Source: Candidatus Brocadiia bacterium (lineage in GTDB: Bacteria; Planctomycetota; B143-G9). From it: a stretch of DNA of 13,897 nt. Where the stretch lies: positions 1 through 13,897 of the forward strand of contig JBAZOJ010000071.1 in NCBI GenBank assembly GCA_041648755.1, written 5' to 3'. Each line of letters starts with the position of its first letter. Position 1 is the stretch's first letter. Shown here piece by piece: positions 6,533 to 13,897 of this stretch. The notes under the pieces were generated by a model. That model saw nothing but the letters and a program-made list of their open reading frames with translations. It was not told where the DNA came from and did no database searches. Position numbers and translations under genes: made by a program.

Positions 6533-7129
6533 CTATTTCAGCTTCTCCACCTCGACAGTAGTGGAGTCAACACAGCGGGTCACTCTTATCCTGGCCCCGG
6601 GGGCAAGGCTTTCTCCGCTGACGGAGCGCGCCTTCACAAAACTGATGATCCCGTTCATCGGGACCCGGACTTTTCCCATGCCCTTCTCGGGGATGGTCAT
6701 ATAGACATCGCCTTCCACCCCGACACAGGTAGAGACGTTTGAGTTGCCTGTCTCCTGCAGCTTGGAAATCTGGATGATCAGAACGCCCACGATGATCCCG
6801 CCTCCGAGCCCCCACAACAGGCTGTACGCAATCGCCTGTCCAAAGGGGTAGCCCTGCTGAAGATATAGGGCTCCGGCCCAACTGAACAGAGTACCGAAGG
6901 CGATAACGGATCTGAAAGACAGGAGCCGAAAGACATCGAGTGTGCCGGCATCAACGTGGTCGGCAGCATCGGTTCCTGTAACGTCGTGACCGGCAGTGTC
7001 GATGTCCGCGCCGCCAGAGGTGAGGCCCAAGATCGCGCTGAAGAGTTGCCAGATGAAAAAGACTGAGAAGAACGCAGCAAGGCCGAAGAAAACCTTGTTC
7101 AGCGTGTTCAGTTCATTCCACCATTCCAT
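6533..7129 (-). CDS. NfeD-family membrane protein (YqiJ/YuaF-like), partner of flotillin.
   Basis: N-terminal hydrophobic helices MEWWNELNTLNKVFFGLAAFFSVFFIWQLFSAILGL..., then a C-terminal OB-fold-like soluble domain (GDVYMTIPEKGMGKVRVPMNGIISFVKARS...RIRVTRCVDSTTVEVEKL). Internal ATG at 7129 with GGGAG SD is preferred over the six-frame start at 7264, which would add 45 atypical residues. A 65-bp gap to the flotillin gene implies an operon. Confidence 0.65.
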   Translation of the reverse strand: MEWWNELNTLNKVFFGLAAFFSVFFIWQLFSAILGLTSGGADIDTAGHDVTGTDAADHVDAGTLDVFRLLSFRSVIAFGTLFSWAGALYLQQGYPFGQAIAYSLLWGLGGGIIVGVLIIQISKLQETGNSNVSTCVGVEGDVYMTIPEKGMGKVRVPMNGIISFVKARSVSGESLAPGARIRVTRCVDSTTVEVEKLK

Positions 7130-7275
7130 AAAGGCTCCCAGGATGCAGATGTCCAAACGTATTGTGTTTCTTTTTGACCGTCTTTCAAGGGGAATCCGGT
7201 AAGCCGCAGGGAAGAGGAAGAAGAAACTATCCGCAAACGCTTCGTCGGCGAGACCCGGAAGCACGAGCCAATGAA

Positions 7276-7289
7276 CGCGAATATTCGCG
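7276..7289. promoter_or_regulatory. Perfect 14-bp palindrome CGCGAATATTCGCG in the nfeD-murJ divergent intergenic region (candidate operator).
   Basis: Exact reverse-complement symmetry. Related half-sites ATTCGCG...CGAATAG recur at 7449-7475 (cATTCGCGgatgctcctggCGAATAgc). Sits in a 409-bp non-coding divergent region. Confidence 0.3.
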
Positions 7290-7538
7290 AATCGAGCGGA
7301 CCGAAGAGGACTTGAGCGGTGAAGGCTCCTAAGTTAGCACCTCAGGCTGACAAGGAAGACTTCTGCCGCGGCGATTCTCCGGCCAAAGTTAGTGTTCATT
7401 GGCGGATAATGTCCACCGTAGCTGTCTGCTTCTCAGAACTTCAGGGCCATTCGCGGATGCTCCTGGCGAATAGCAGCGCCTTGTTTGCCGCGGCGACAAA
7501 ACGAGGGATACTGTGCCGTCGAGCACCAGAGAGGAACG

Positions 7539-9158
7539 ATGCCGCAGGAGCAGAAGGGGTCTCCCGAAAAGGCCCCTATCGTGAGGTCCATTTTCTCCTA
7601 CTCGCTGGCGACCTTGCTGTCGCGTATCAGCGGCTTCGTCCGCGAAACCGCCTGGGCTGCGCTTATCGGCCCCACCCAGTTCTCGGATATCTTCCTGTTT
7701 GTCTATACCATACCCAACCTGATGCGCAGGCTTCTTGGCGAAGGCGCGATAGCGTCCGCGTTTGTCCCCCTGTTCAACTCGGTCGAGAAGCAGTCGGGAA
7801 TCGAGGAGGCTCGCAAGCTATCCTCAACCATCTACACGCTTCAGACCATGATAACGACCGCCTTCACGGTCCTGACCATGCTGGTCTGTATCATCATCCG
7901 ATTCACCGCTCCACCCGACTCGACAATTGTCATCTACGCCGAGTACCTTGCTGTGCTTGCCCCATACGCGGTGTTCATCTGCGCCGACGCATTCCTCGCA
8001 TCTCTACTGAATGCCCGACGGATCTACTTCCTGCCGAATATGGTGCAGGTAATCATCAACGTGTTCTGGCTGGGATTGACCTTCGTAGCCGTCTGGGCCT
8101 TCCAGCCAAGATACGGGCTGACGGTACTGGGCGGAGGAGTGGTTGCGGTCTGCGCCTACACGGTCTGGATGCTTGCCGCGCGGGCAAAAAAAGAAGGCGT
8201 TGCTGTCGAGTTTACCCTTCGGCATCTGAAGACCACGCCCGCGCTGCAGGGGTTCTTTGCGCGGTACTGGCTTGTCATCCTGGGCTCGGCTTCGTACACG
8301 ATCAATGTGTTGATTGACCGGCTTTTCGTGCAGTTCCTTGTCCCGGGGGAAGGCGCGATGACAATCTTCTACCAGGGCGAACGGTTGATGCAACTCCCGC
8401 TGGGGGTGCTCGCGGTGTCGGTTGGCACGGTTGCGCTGACGGAACTGAGCAAGTCAGTATTCGAGGAAGACAAGTTCCGCGACAACTTCACGCGGCTGAT
8501 GCGCATAGCCGGATTCCTGGCGATACCCACCACCGTTGTGATGGTCATGCTGGCCGTTCCGCTTGTTGATTTTTCACTGAATTACGGCAAATTCGCAGCG
8601 GCGTCCGCCGATCTGCACGCACTTTCCCGCGCCGCCAACGTGCTCATTTGCTATATGGTCGGCCTTCCAGCGTTCTTCCTGATGCAGGTTCTCACAAAGG
8701 TGTATTTCTCCATCAACGAACTGAAGATCACCGTGCGAGTCTCTACCTGGATGATCGTGTTCAATGTGGTAGCGAACATCGCCGTGCTGAGATACACAAC
8801 GATGGGCGAATCAGGGCTCGCGCTGACCAGTTCGATCGCATCGTGGCTGAGCGTGCTGTTGCTTTCATGGGCTTTGCACCACAGGATGCCCAAACTGGGA
8901 TCGTGGGCGGGAGTGAAATCATTCCTGTCATTCATTCCTGCGGCGGCTATTGCGGGCGTGGGGCTATGGGCATGCCTCCATTTGTTCGACGGGATGACCG
9001 GACGCTCTGTGCTTGACAGGTTCCTGCGGCTCGCGGTGCCCTCATTGGTGTTCTTTGGCATCTACTTTGCTGTTAACGCGGTGTTCAGGGTGCCCGAGGC
9101 GCGGTCGCTGGTCAGAAGATTGTTTCGCAGAAGCGCTTCCCAGCCGCCGTTGAAGTGA
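7539..9158 (+). CDS. murJ: Lipid II flippase MurJ (MviN).
   Basis: N-terminus SIFSYSLATLLSRISGFVRETAWAALIGPTQFSDIFLFVYTIPNLMRRLLGEGAIASAFVPLF matches the MurJ signature (SRxxGFxRE...AFxxxxxIPNLFRRxFAEGAFSxAFVP). About 14 TM segments; 540 aa from ATG at 7539, which has GAGAGGAA upstream. The six-frame track starts at an upstream TTG at 7485. Confidence 0.85.
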   Translation: MPQEQKGSPEKAPIVRSIFSYSLATLLSRISGFVRETAWAALIGPTQFSDIFLFVYTIPNLMRRLLGEGAIASAFVPLFNSVEKQSGIEEARKLSSTIYTLQTMITTAFTVLTMLVCIIIRFTAPPDSTIVIYAEYLAVLAPYAVFICADAFLASLLNARRIYFLPNMVQVIINVFWLGLTFVAVWAFQPRYGLTVLGGGVVAVCAYTVWMLAARAKKEGVAVEFTLRHLKTTPALQGFFARYWLVILGSASYTINVLIDRLFVQFLVPGEGAMTIFYQGERLMQLPLGVLAVSVGTVALTELSKSVFEEDKFRDNFTRLMRIAGFLAIPTTVVMVMLAVPLVDFSLNYGKFAAASADLHALSRAANVLICYMVGLPAFFLMQVLTKVYFSINELKITVRVSTWMIVFNVVANIAVLRYTTMGESGLALTSSIASWLSVLLLSWALHHRMPKLGSWAGVKSFLSFIPAAAIAGVGLWACLHLFDGMTGRSVLDRFLRLAVPSLVFFGIYFAVNAVFRVPEARSLVRRLFRRSASQPPLK

Positions 9159-9240
9159 AATCCGGGCAAATGCCGCTATACTGTTGCGTCTTGTAGCCAT
9201 TCGGACCCAACGGAGAACACTGAGTCTCCCAGGAGGAAAT

Positions 9241-11070
9241 ATGTTGAAGAAATTCGGCCTGCTGGCCATGGCCCTTCTCGCCTTCGCGGCGCTCCCAACG
9301 GTTGCGCCCGTCGCCGACGAGATGCCCTCCGGTTCCATCACGAAGTACCTTCCGGCAAACACGATTTTCGTCGCCGAGTTCAATGACTTCAAGTCATCGT
9401 ATACGCGCGCCCAGGAACTCGGAGTCGTCAAGATGATGAACGATCCCGAGGTCAAGGCCTTCTTCGAGTCGCTGCAGGGAATGAATCCCAATAATGCGCA
9501 GGACATGGAGAAATTCAGCGAACTGATTAAGTTCTTCCAGGAGATCGAGCCATTGGCTGCAGGGCTGTTCAAGGGATATGGTTCCCTGGCAGTTGTAACC
9601 GCCAATCAGAAGGAAAAGAGCGCATATGCCGTTCTGGCAGTTCAGATCGAGCAGGGCAAGGGCGCTGAGGGCGCGGAACTGATCAAGAAGATTCTCGAAA
9701 AGGTCACGCAGCTCAATCCCGACAAGCAGATGGATATCAAGACCGAAACCATTGGCAAGTACGAAGCCACCCGCATCGCTGAAAACGGCGAAAAGCCTGA
9801 CAATGAGGCTGGTTACTACACCTTCACCGACAACTACTTTATCCTTGGTGTCGGCAAGACGTCCCTCGTCACGGCGCTTGAGGCGATGGATGCCCCCCCG
9901 GCCGAGCCCATGTCCGCCAAGCCCGAATTGCTCAAGGCCTATTCGATGCACAAGTCCAAGGAAGGCTTCTTCTTCCTCAACCTCAAGGCCCTGTGCGACC
10001 TTATGACCGAGCAGGCAGAGCCAGAGCGCGTTGAGGACCTGGCCAAGATGAAGGAAGTCGTGCGGTTCGTTCCAGCCATTTCCGGCGGAATGACCTTTGA
10101 CGGCCCCAACTTCGACGAGCAGTTGATCCTTCACTTCGGCGATGTTCCGGAGTTCGCCATGGTCAGGAGCCTCCAGGCCAAGGCTCTGTCCTTCGCAACA
10201 GCTTCGCTGATGCCCAAGGAGCCCATGTTCTACGGTGCGATGTCGATGTCAGCGGCCGAGATCCTGGAAGATCTGCCCAAGATCATTCCGAATGCGGCAC
10301 AAATGGAAGCCGGTTTCGCGATGGTTGAGCAGGCGACCGGCATTTCTGTAAGGGACAAACTGCTTCCCGCCATCGGCGACGAAGTGGGATTCTATGTCAC
10401 TATGGCCGGAATGATGCCTGAGTACCTTGCGGTCGTGACTCTGAACGACCCGGTCATTGTCAGCACAATGCTTGACGGTCTCGTTGCCATCCCCGACGGC
10501 CCTGTAACCGAGGTTGGAACATTCAAGGATCACAAGCTCTTTGCGGCTGGCGCAGGCCAGGGAAATCCCAACGCACCAGTGTTCTGCGTACACCAGAACT
10601 TCCTGCTGGTCGGCGGAATGCTCGCACTCAAGAACACCATCAACCGCAACCCGGAAGCCTCGCTTGCCACGAACGACACGTTCAAGGAAGCCCTTGCCGG
10701 ATTCGGCGACACCAAGCATAACGCGTTTGTGTTCTTCGACACCAAGAAGGCATTCGATGCCGCATACAACTTCGTTCCCATGGTTGCCGGACCCATGGCA
10801 GCCAATCTGCCAGCCAAGGAAGTCTTCACGCAGTACATCACCCCGCAGGCTTTCTCGTTCAAGGTCAACGGAGACCACGCCATCCTGCGCGCCCGTGGTT
10901 TCCTCCCCGGCTCAGTAATTCTGATGGGAGCTGGCGCAGCAATGTTCTTTTCCGCTTCCCGCATGGAACGCCGCCCTCCGCCAGACGGCGACTTCCCCCC
11001 ACCTCCTCCTGGCGACGGTGAAATGCCTGATGATCAGAATCCGCCACCGGATGAGCAGCCCAACAATTAG
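9241..11070 (+). CDS. Exported protein of unknown function, 609 aa (paralog A). Signal peptide, large soluble region, C-terminal TM helix, proline-rich acidic tail.
   Basis: ATG at 9241 is preceded by AGGAGGAAAT. Signal peptide MLKKFGLLAMALLAFAALPTVAPVA | DEMP. C-terminal hydrophobic segment GSVILMGAGAAMFFSAS, then RMERRPPPDGDFPPPPPGDGEMPDDQNPPPDEQPNN. Clear paralogy to the downstream gene (NDPEVKAFFESLQGM vs NDPEVQALFEGLKSM; GGMTFDG vs GGITFDG; LLPAIGDEVGFYVTMAGMMP vs ILPALGDEYCSYFTMQGIMP). The 82-nt gap after murJ has no terminator, so the gene is probably co-transcribed with it. Confidence 0.75.
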   Translation: MLKKFGLLAMALLAFAALPTVAPVADEMPSGSITKYLPANTIFVAEFNDFKSSYTRAQELGVVKMMNDPEVKAFFESLQGMNPNNAQDMEKFSELIKFFQEIEPLAAGLFKGYGSLAVVTANQKEKSAYAVLAVQIEQGKGAEGAELIKKILEKVTQLNPDKQMDIKTETIGKYEATRIAENGEKPDNEAGYYTFTDNYFILGVGKTSLVTALEAMDAPPAEPMSAKPELLKAYSMHKSKEGFFFLNLKALCDLMTEQAEPERVEDLAKMKEVVRFVPAISGGMTFDGPNFDEQLILHFGDVPEFAMVRSLQAKALSFATASLMPKEPMFYGAMSMSAAEILEDLPKIIPNAAQMEAGFAMVEQATGISVRDKLLPAIGDEVGFYVTMAGMMPEYLAVVTLNDPVIVSTMLDGLVAIPDGPVTEVGTFKDHKLFAAGAGQGNPNAPVFCVHQNFLLVGGMLALKNTINRNPEASLATNDTFKEALAGFGDTKHNAFVFFDTKKAFDAAYNFVPMVAGPMAANLPAKEVFTQYITPQAFSFKVNGDHAILRARGFLPGSVILMGAGAAMFFSASRMERRPPPDGDFPPPPPGDGEMPDDQNPPPDEQPNN

Positions 11071-11085
11071 GCCACCTTCGTAACC

Positions 11086-11118
11086 AAAAGGGGCCCGCGA
11101 GTCGGGCCCCTTTTTTTG
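11086..11118 (+). terminator. Strong rho-independent terminator between the two paralogs.
   Basis: AAAAGGGGCCCG CGAGT CGGGCCCC TTTTTTT: 8-bp GC stem, 5-nt loop, 7 T residues, with an A-tract on the 5' side. Confidence 0.75.
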
Positions 11119-11341
11119 TGCGAAACTTGCACACTTGGGTGATTTATGCGCTTTACGTTCCCCGGCAACTCGGAGTGTGCGATCGACAGCTTGTTCGGCA
11201 CAGGTCCAAAACTCGGGATAATGGCCTGCAAAGGCACCAGACCGGGTAATGCGGACGCGATGACCACACGCGAGCCCGGCCGTTGCTTTGGCACAAGGAT
11301 TGATTCTATCTACCGGCCCCATGTGGGCGGGAGGAGTTCCG

Positions 11342-13138
11342 ATGCTACAACGCTCGCTTTCCATGCTGCTTCTGGCGACCTTGTTCACGATAACAATAAT
11401 GGCAACGCCCTACGCCGACGAAATGCCGGGCGAGTCCATGTCCAAGATGGTCTCCGCGGAGGCCGTCTTCTTCCTTGAGCTCAACGACCTTCACAAGTCG
11501 CTTGAGCGCGCGAAGGACCTTTCCATCGTAAAGCTGTTCAACGATCCGGAAGTCCAGGCGCTGTTCGAGGGCTTGAAGAGCATGAAGGAACAGGAAGTGG
11601 ATGACTTCCTGACCAAGTTCCAGGACTATACTACGCGGATTGCCGAGGCATTCAGCGGACGCGCGATGATCTGCATCCCCAGGATCGACATGGAGCAGAA
11701 GCTCATCGAGGTCGTGGCTGCGGCATCGGTTGCACCCGGCAAGGAGGCTGAGGCCAAGGCGTTGTTCGAGTTGCTCATCTCCGCAATGATGAACGACCCC
11801 AAGAACCAGGACAAGATTACCACTGAGGATTTCGGCGGTGTGCAAGTCACCATTATGCGCGCAAAGCCGGAACAGGAAGAAAAGATGAACGTCTGCCTGG
11901 CAATGCACAAGAACCAGGCGATTGTAACGCTGGGCTCGCAGACCATGAAGGACTACCTGGGCTATTTCGAAGTTCCCCCGGCCCGTCCGCTGTTCGATCT
12001 CCCCGCGTTTGCCAAGTTGTACAAGGCTGTCAGTTGCAAGGAAGTCTTCTGGTTCGTGGACGCCAATGCCGCAATCAAGATGTTTGCTCGGATTTTCGAT
12101 TTTGTCCCGGCCGGGAACGCGGAGATCCTCGATGTAGTCAAGGGCTTGATGGACAAGTTCTCCACACTTATCAGCTATGCTGCAGGCGGAATCACTTTCG
12201 ACGGTGAGATGATGAATGACGAGATTGCCGTCCAGTACACCCCCGCCGCGATGCAACTCAAGAGCATCACATCGATGAGGGGCTCCGTGTGCGAACTGAA
12301 GACGGCGAAGTTCGTTCCGGAGAACGCGCTTTACTACACGGCTACCCGCATCAACTGGGTGGATACGTACAGCGATTTCGAGGGCATGCTGCCCGAGTCG
12401 TGGCGCGAGCAGATCAAGAACATCGAGAACTCACTGATGCTGTCGCTTAAGGATGAGATCCTGCCTGCCCTTGGGGATGAGTATTGCAGTTACTTCACCA
12501 TGCAGGGCATCATGCCGAGTTCACTTTACGCAATCGAATTGAAGAACCCGGAAGTAATCGCGAAGGTTCTTGCAGGCCTGAATACGGTTGTCCCGTACCC
12601 GATTCAGGAAGTGGATTTCCGGGAGCATAAGATCTACAAGCTCAGCATGGGCGGTGGAGTTCCCGGGCCATTCGCAGCCACGACCATCTGGGGCTTTGCC
12701 ATCCACGACGGGTATCTGCTGGCGGGATACTTCAACACGGTCCAGGCTGTCATTTCGCACACCGGCAAGGACATTACGGCTAATCCGGAGTACCAGAAGG
12801 CACTGCTGGCCACTCCGCCGAAGACCGGGTTCATTTTCCTGGATGTGAAGAACCTGTTCGGGTGGATATATGACACCGTCCTGCCGTTCCTTCAGCCGAT
12901 GCTGGCCCAGAACCCCAACTTCGATCCCGCACTTCTGCCCAGCAGGGATGCAATACTCGGTTACTTGCAGCCAATGTCGGCAAATACTGAGCTGGTCGAC
13001 GATATGGCAATGGTCAGAATCAAATCGCCCGTCGCGATGTCACCCGTACTCGGCGTTATTTTCATCGCCATCAGCGCCGTGATGTTCGCAGCACCTGACA
13101 ACAGGGGCAACAACGGTGGTGACGAGGGCGTTTTTTAG
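11342..13138 (+). CDS. Exported protein of unknown function, 598 aa (paralog B of the upstream gene). Signal peptide and C-terminal membrane anchor.
   Basis: ATG at 11342 is preceded by GGGAGGAG. Signal peptide MLQRSLSMLLLATLFTITIMATPYA | DEMP. C-terminal hydrophobic helix VLGVIFIAISAVMFAAP, then a short Gly/Asn tail. About 25-30% identity to paralog A along the full length. Has its own upstream region (220 nt after a terminator). Confidence 0.75.
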   Translation: MLQRSLSMLLLATLFTITIMATPYADEMPGESMSKMVSAEAVFFLELNDLHKSLERAKDLSIVKLFNDPEVQALFEGLKSMKEQEVDDFLTKFQDYTTRIAEAFSGRAMICIPRIDMEQKLIEVVAAASVAPGKEAEAKALFELLISAMMNDPKNQDKITTEDFGGVQVTIMRAKPEQEEKMNVCLAMHKNQAIVTLGSQTMKDYLGYFEVPPARPLFDLPAFAKLYKAVSCKEVFWFVDANAAIKMFARIFDFVPAGNAEILDVVKGLMDKFSTLISYAAGGITFDGEMMNDEIAVQYTPAAMQLKSITSMRGSVCELKTAKFVPENALYYTATRINWVDTYSDFEGMLPESWREQIKNIENSLMLSLKDEILPALGDEYCSYFTMQGIMPSSLYAIELKNPEVIAKVLAGLNTVVPYPIQEVDFREHKIYKLSMGGGVPGPFAATTIWGFAIHDGYLLAGYFNTVQAVISHTGKDITANPEYQKALLATPPKTGFIFLDVKNLFGWIYDTVLPFLQPMLAQNPNFDPALLPSRDAILGYLQPMSANTELVDDMAMVRIKSPVAMSPVLGVIFIAISAVMFAAPDNRGNNGGDEGVF

Positions 13139-13141
13139 AAA

Positions 13142-13166
13142 CTCTCCTCTCTCCTCTCTCTCTTCC
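13142..13166. repeat. (CT)n-rich homopyrimidine microsatellite (CTCTCCTCTCTCCTCTCTCTCTTCC).
   Basis: A 25-nt pure C/T tract directly after the paralog B stop codon and before its terminator hairpin. A second, similar tract lies at 13283-13309. Confidence 0.7.
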
Positions 13167-13170
13167 GTAA

Positions 13171-13199
13171 CCCGCCCCGCAATGGGGCGGGTTTTGTTT
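13171..13199 (+). terminator. Intrinsic terminator for paralog B.
   Basis: CCCGCCCC GCAAT GGGGCGGG, then TTTTGTTT. Confidence 0.7.
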
Positions 13200-13241
13200 G
13201 GAGGGAGCGGGCGAGGACCCTCGCGTGTGGCAAAGATGCCA

Positions 13242-13282
13242 CCCCCAAAACGAAGCCGCCCCGCGCGTTAACGCGGGGCGGC
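13242..13282 (-). terminator. Intrinsic terminator for pheS (minus strand).
   Basis: Perfect 11-bp stem GCCGCCCCGCG / CGCGGGGCGGC with loop CGTTAA (13255-13282). On the minus strand it is followed by TTCGTTTTGGGGG. Confidence 0.6.
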
Positions 13283-13309
13283 CCTCTCTCTCTCTCTTCT
13301 CTCTCTCGG
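13283..13309. repeat. Second (CT)n-rich microsatellite (CCTCTCTCTCTCTCTTCTCTCTCTC), direct copy of the 13142-13166 tract.
   Basis: A 27-nt pure C/T tract between the pheS stop (13350) and its terminator. Same strand polarity as the first tract, about 140 bp away. Confidence 0.7.
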
Positions 13310-13349
13310 CTCTAAAGGATATCCGTTTTCCTGTCCGGTCAAGTTCCGG

Positions 13350-13897
<548 letters not shown>

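Noticed and set aside
7319-8317. 332-aa plus-strand ORF overlapping the murJ 5' region in another frame. Also the 187-aa and 246-aa minus-strand ORFs at 9042-10134 and the 303-aa ORF at 11345-12256, antisense to paralogs A and B.
   Set aside because: Out-of-frame or antisense overlaps with genes that have clear homology or paralogy signal. Arg/His-rich or low-complexity composition. No SD.
11120-11341. Candidate promoters for paralog B (TTGCAC at 11127, GATAAT at 11217 with TTGTTC 20 nt upstream).
   Set aside because: None has canonical spacing and consensus together. They are mentioned only as weak candidates; a promoter must exist here because of the upstream terminator.
13255-13282. Near-perfect 28-bp palindrome GCCGCCCCGCGCGTTAACGCGGGGCGGC, considered as a possible protein-binding operator or REP-like element.
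   Set aside because: A GC stem followed by a U-run on the minus strand, sitting just downstream of pheS, is best explained as its intrinsic terminator. No second copy was found in the window.

Overview
GC-rich (about 60%) bacterial chromosomal segment. Bacterial affinity is read from a bacterial-type PheS, MurJ, a sigma70-like promoter and hairpin/U-run terminators. Gene order: (1) 5'-truncated asparaginase-fold gene whose motifs look like archaeal GatD. (2) Convergent RIO-type protein kinase. (3) A roughly 580-bp lower-GC spacer holding a self-contained micro-gene (perfect -35/17-bp/-10 promoter, SD, 23-codon ORF that is 13/23 Lys, terminator), a second 15-codon SD-led mini-ORF, and tandem minus-strand terminators. 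(4) Secreted S1/P1-family zinc nuclease. (5) Free methionine-(R)-sulfoxide reductase (GAF). (6) Undecaprenyl-diphosphatase UppP with an unusual N-terminal extension. (7) NfeD-flotillin operon on the minus strand. (8) murJ lipid II flippase, followed by two paralogous ~600-aa exported proteins of unknown function that share a mature N-terminus 'ADEMP' and carry C-terminal membrane anchors. (9) A convergent-terminator intergenic region flanked by two (CT)n microsatellites. (10) 5'-truncated pheS on the minus strand. No tRNA, rRNA, CRISPR or transposase-like features were seen. Many long antisense ORFs in the six-frame track overlap these genes and are treated as high-GC artefacts. The features most worth a second look are the tandem exported paralog pair downstream of murJ and the lysine-codon-saturated micro-gene upstream of the RIO kinase.
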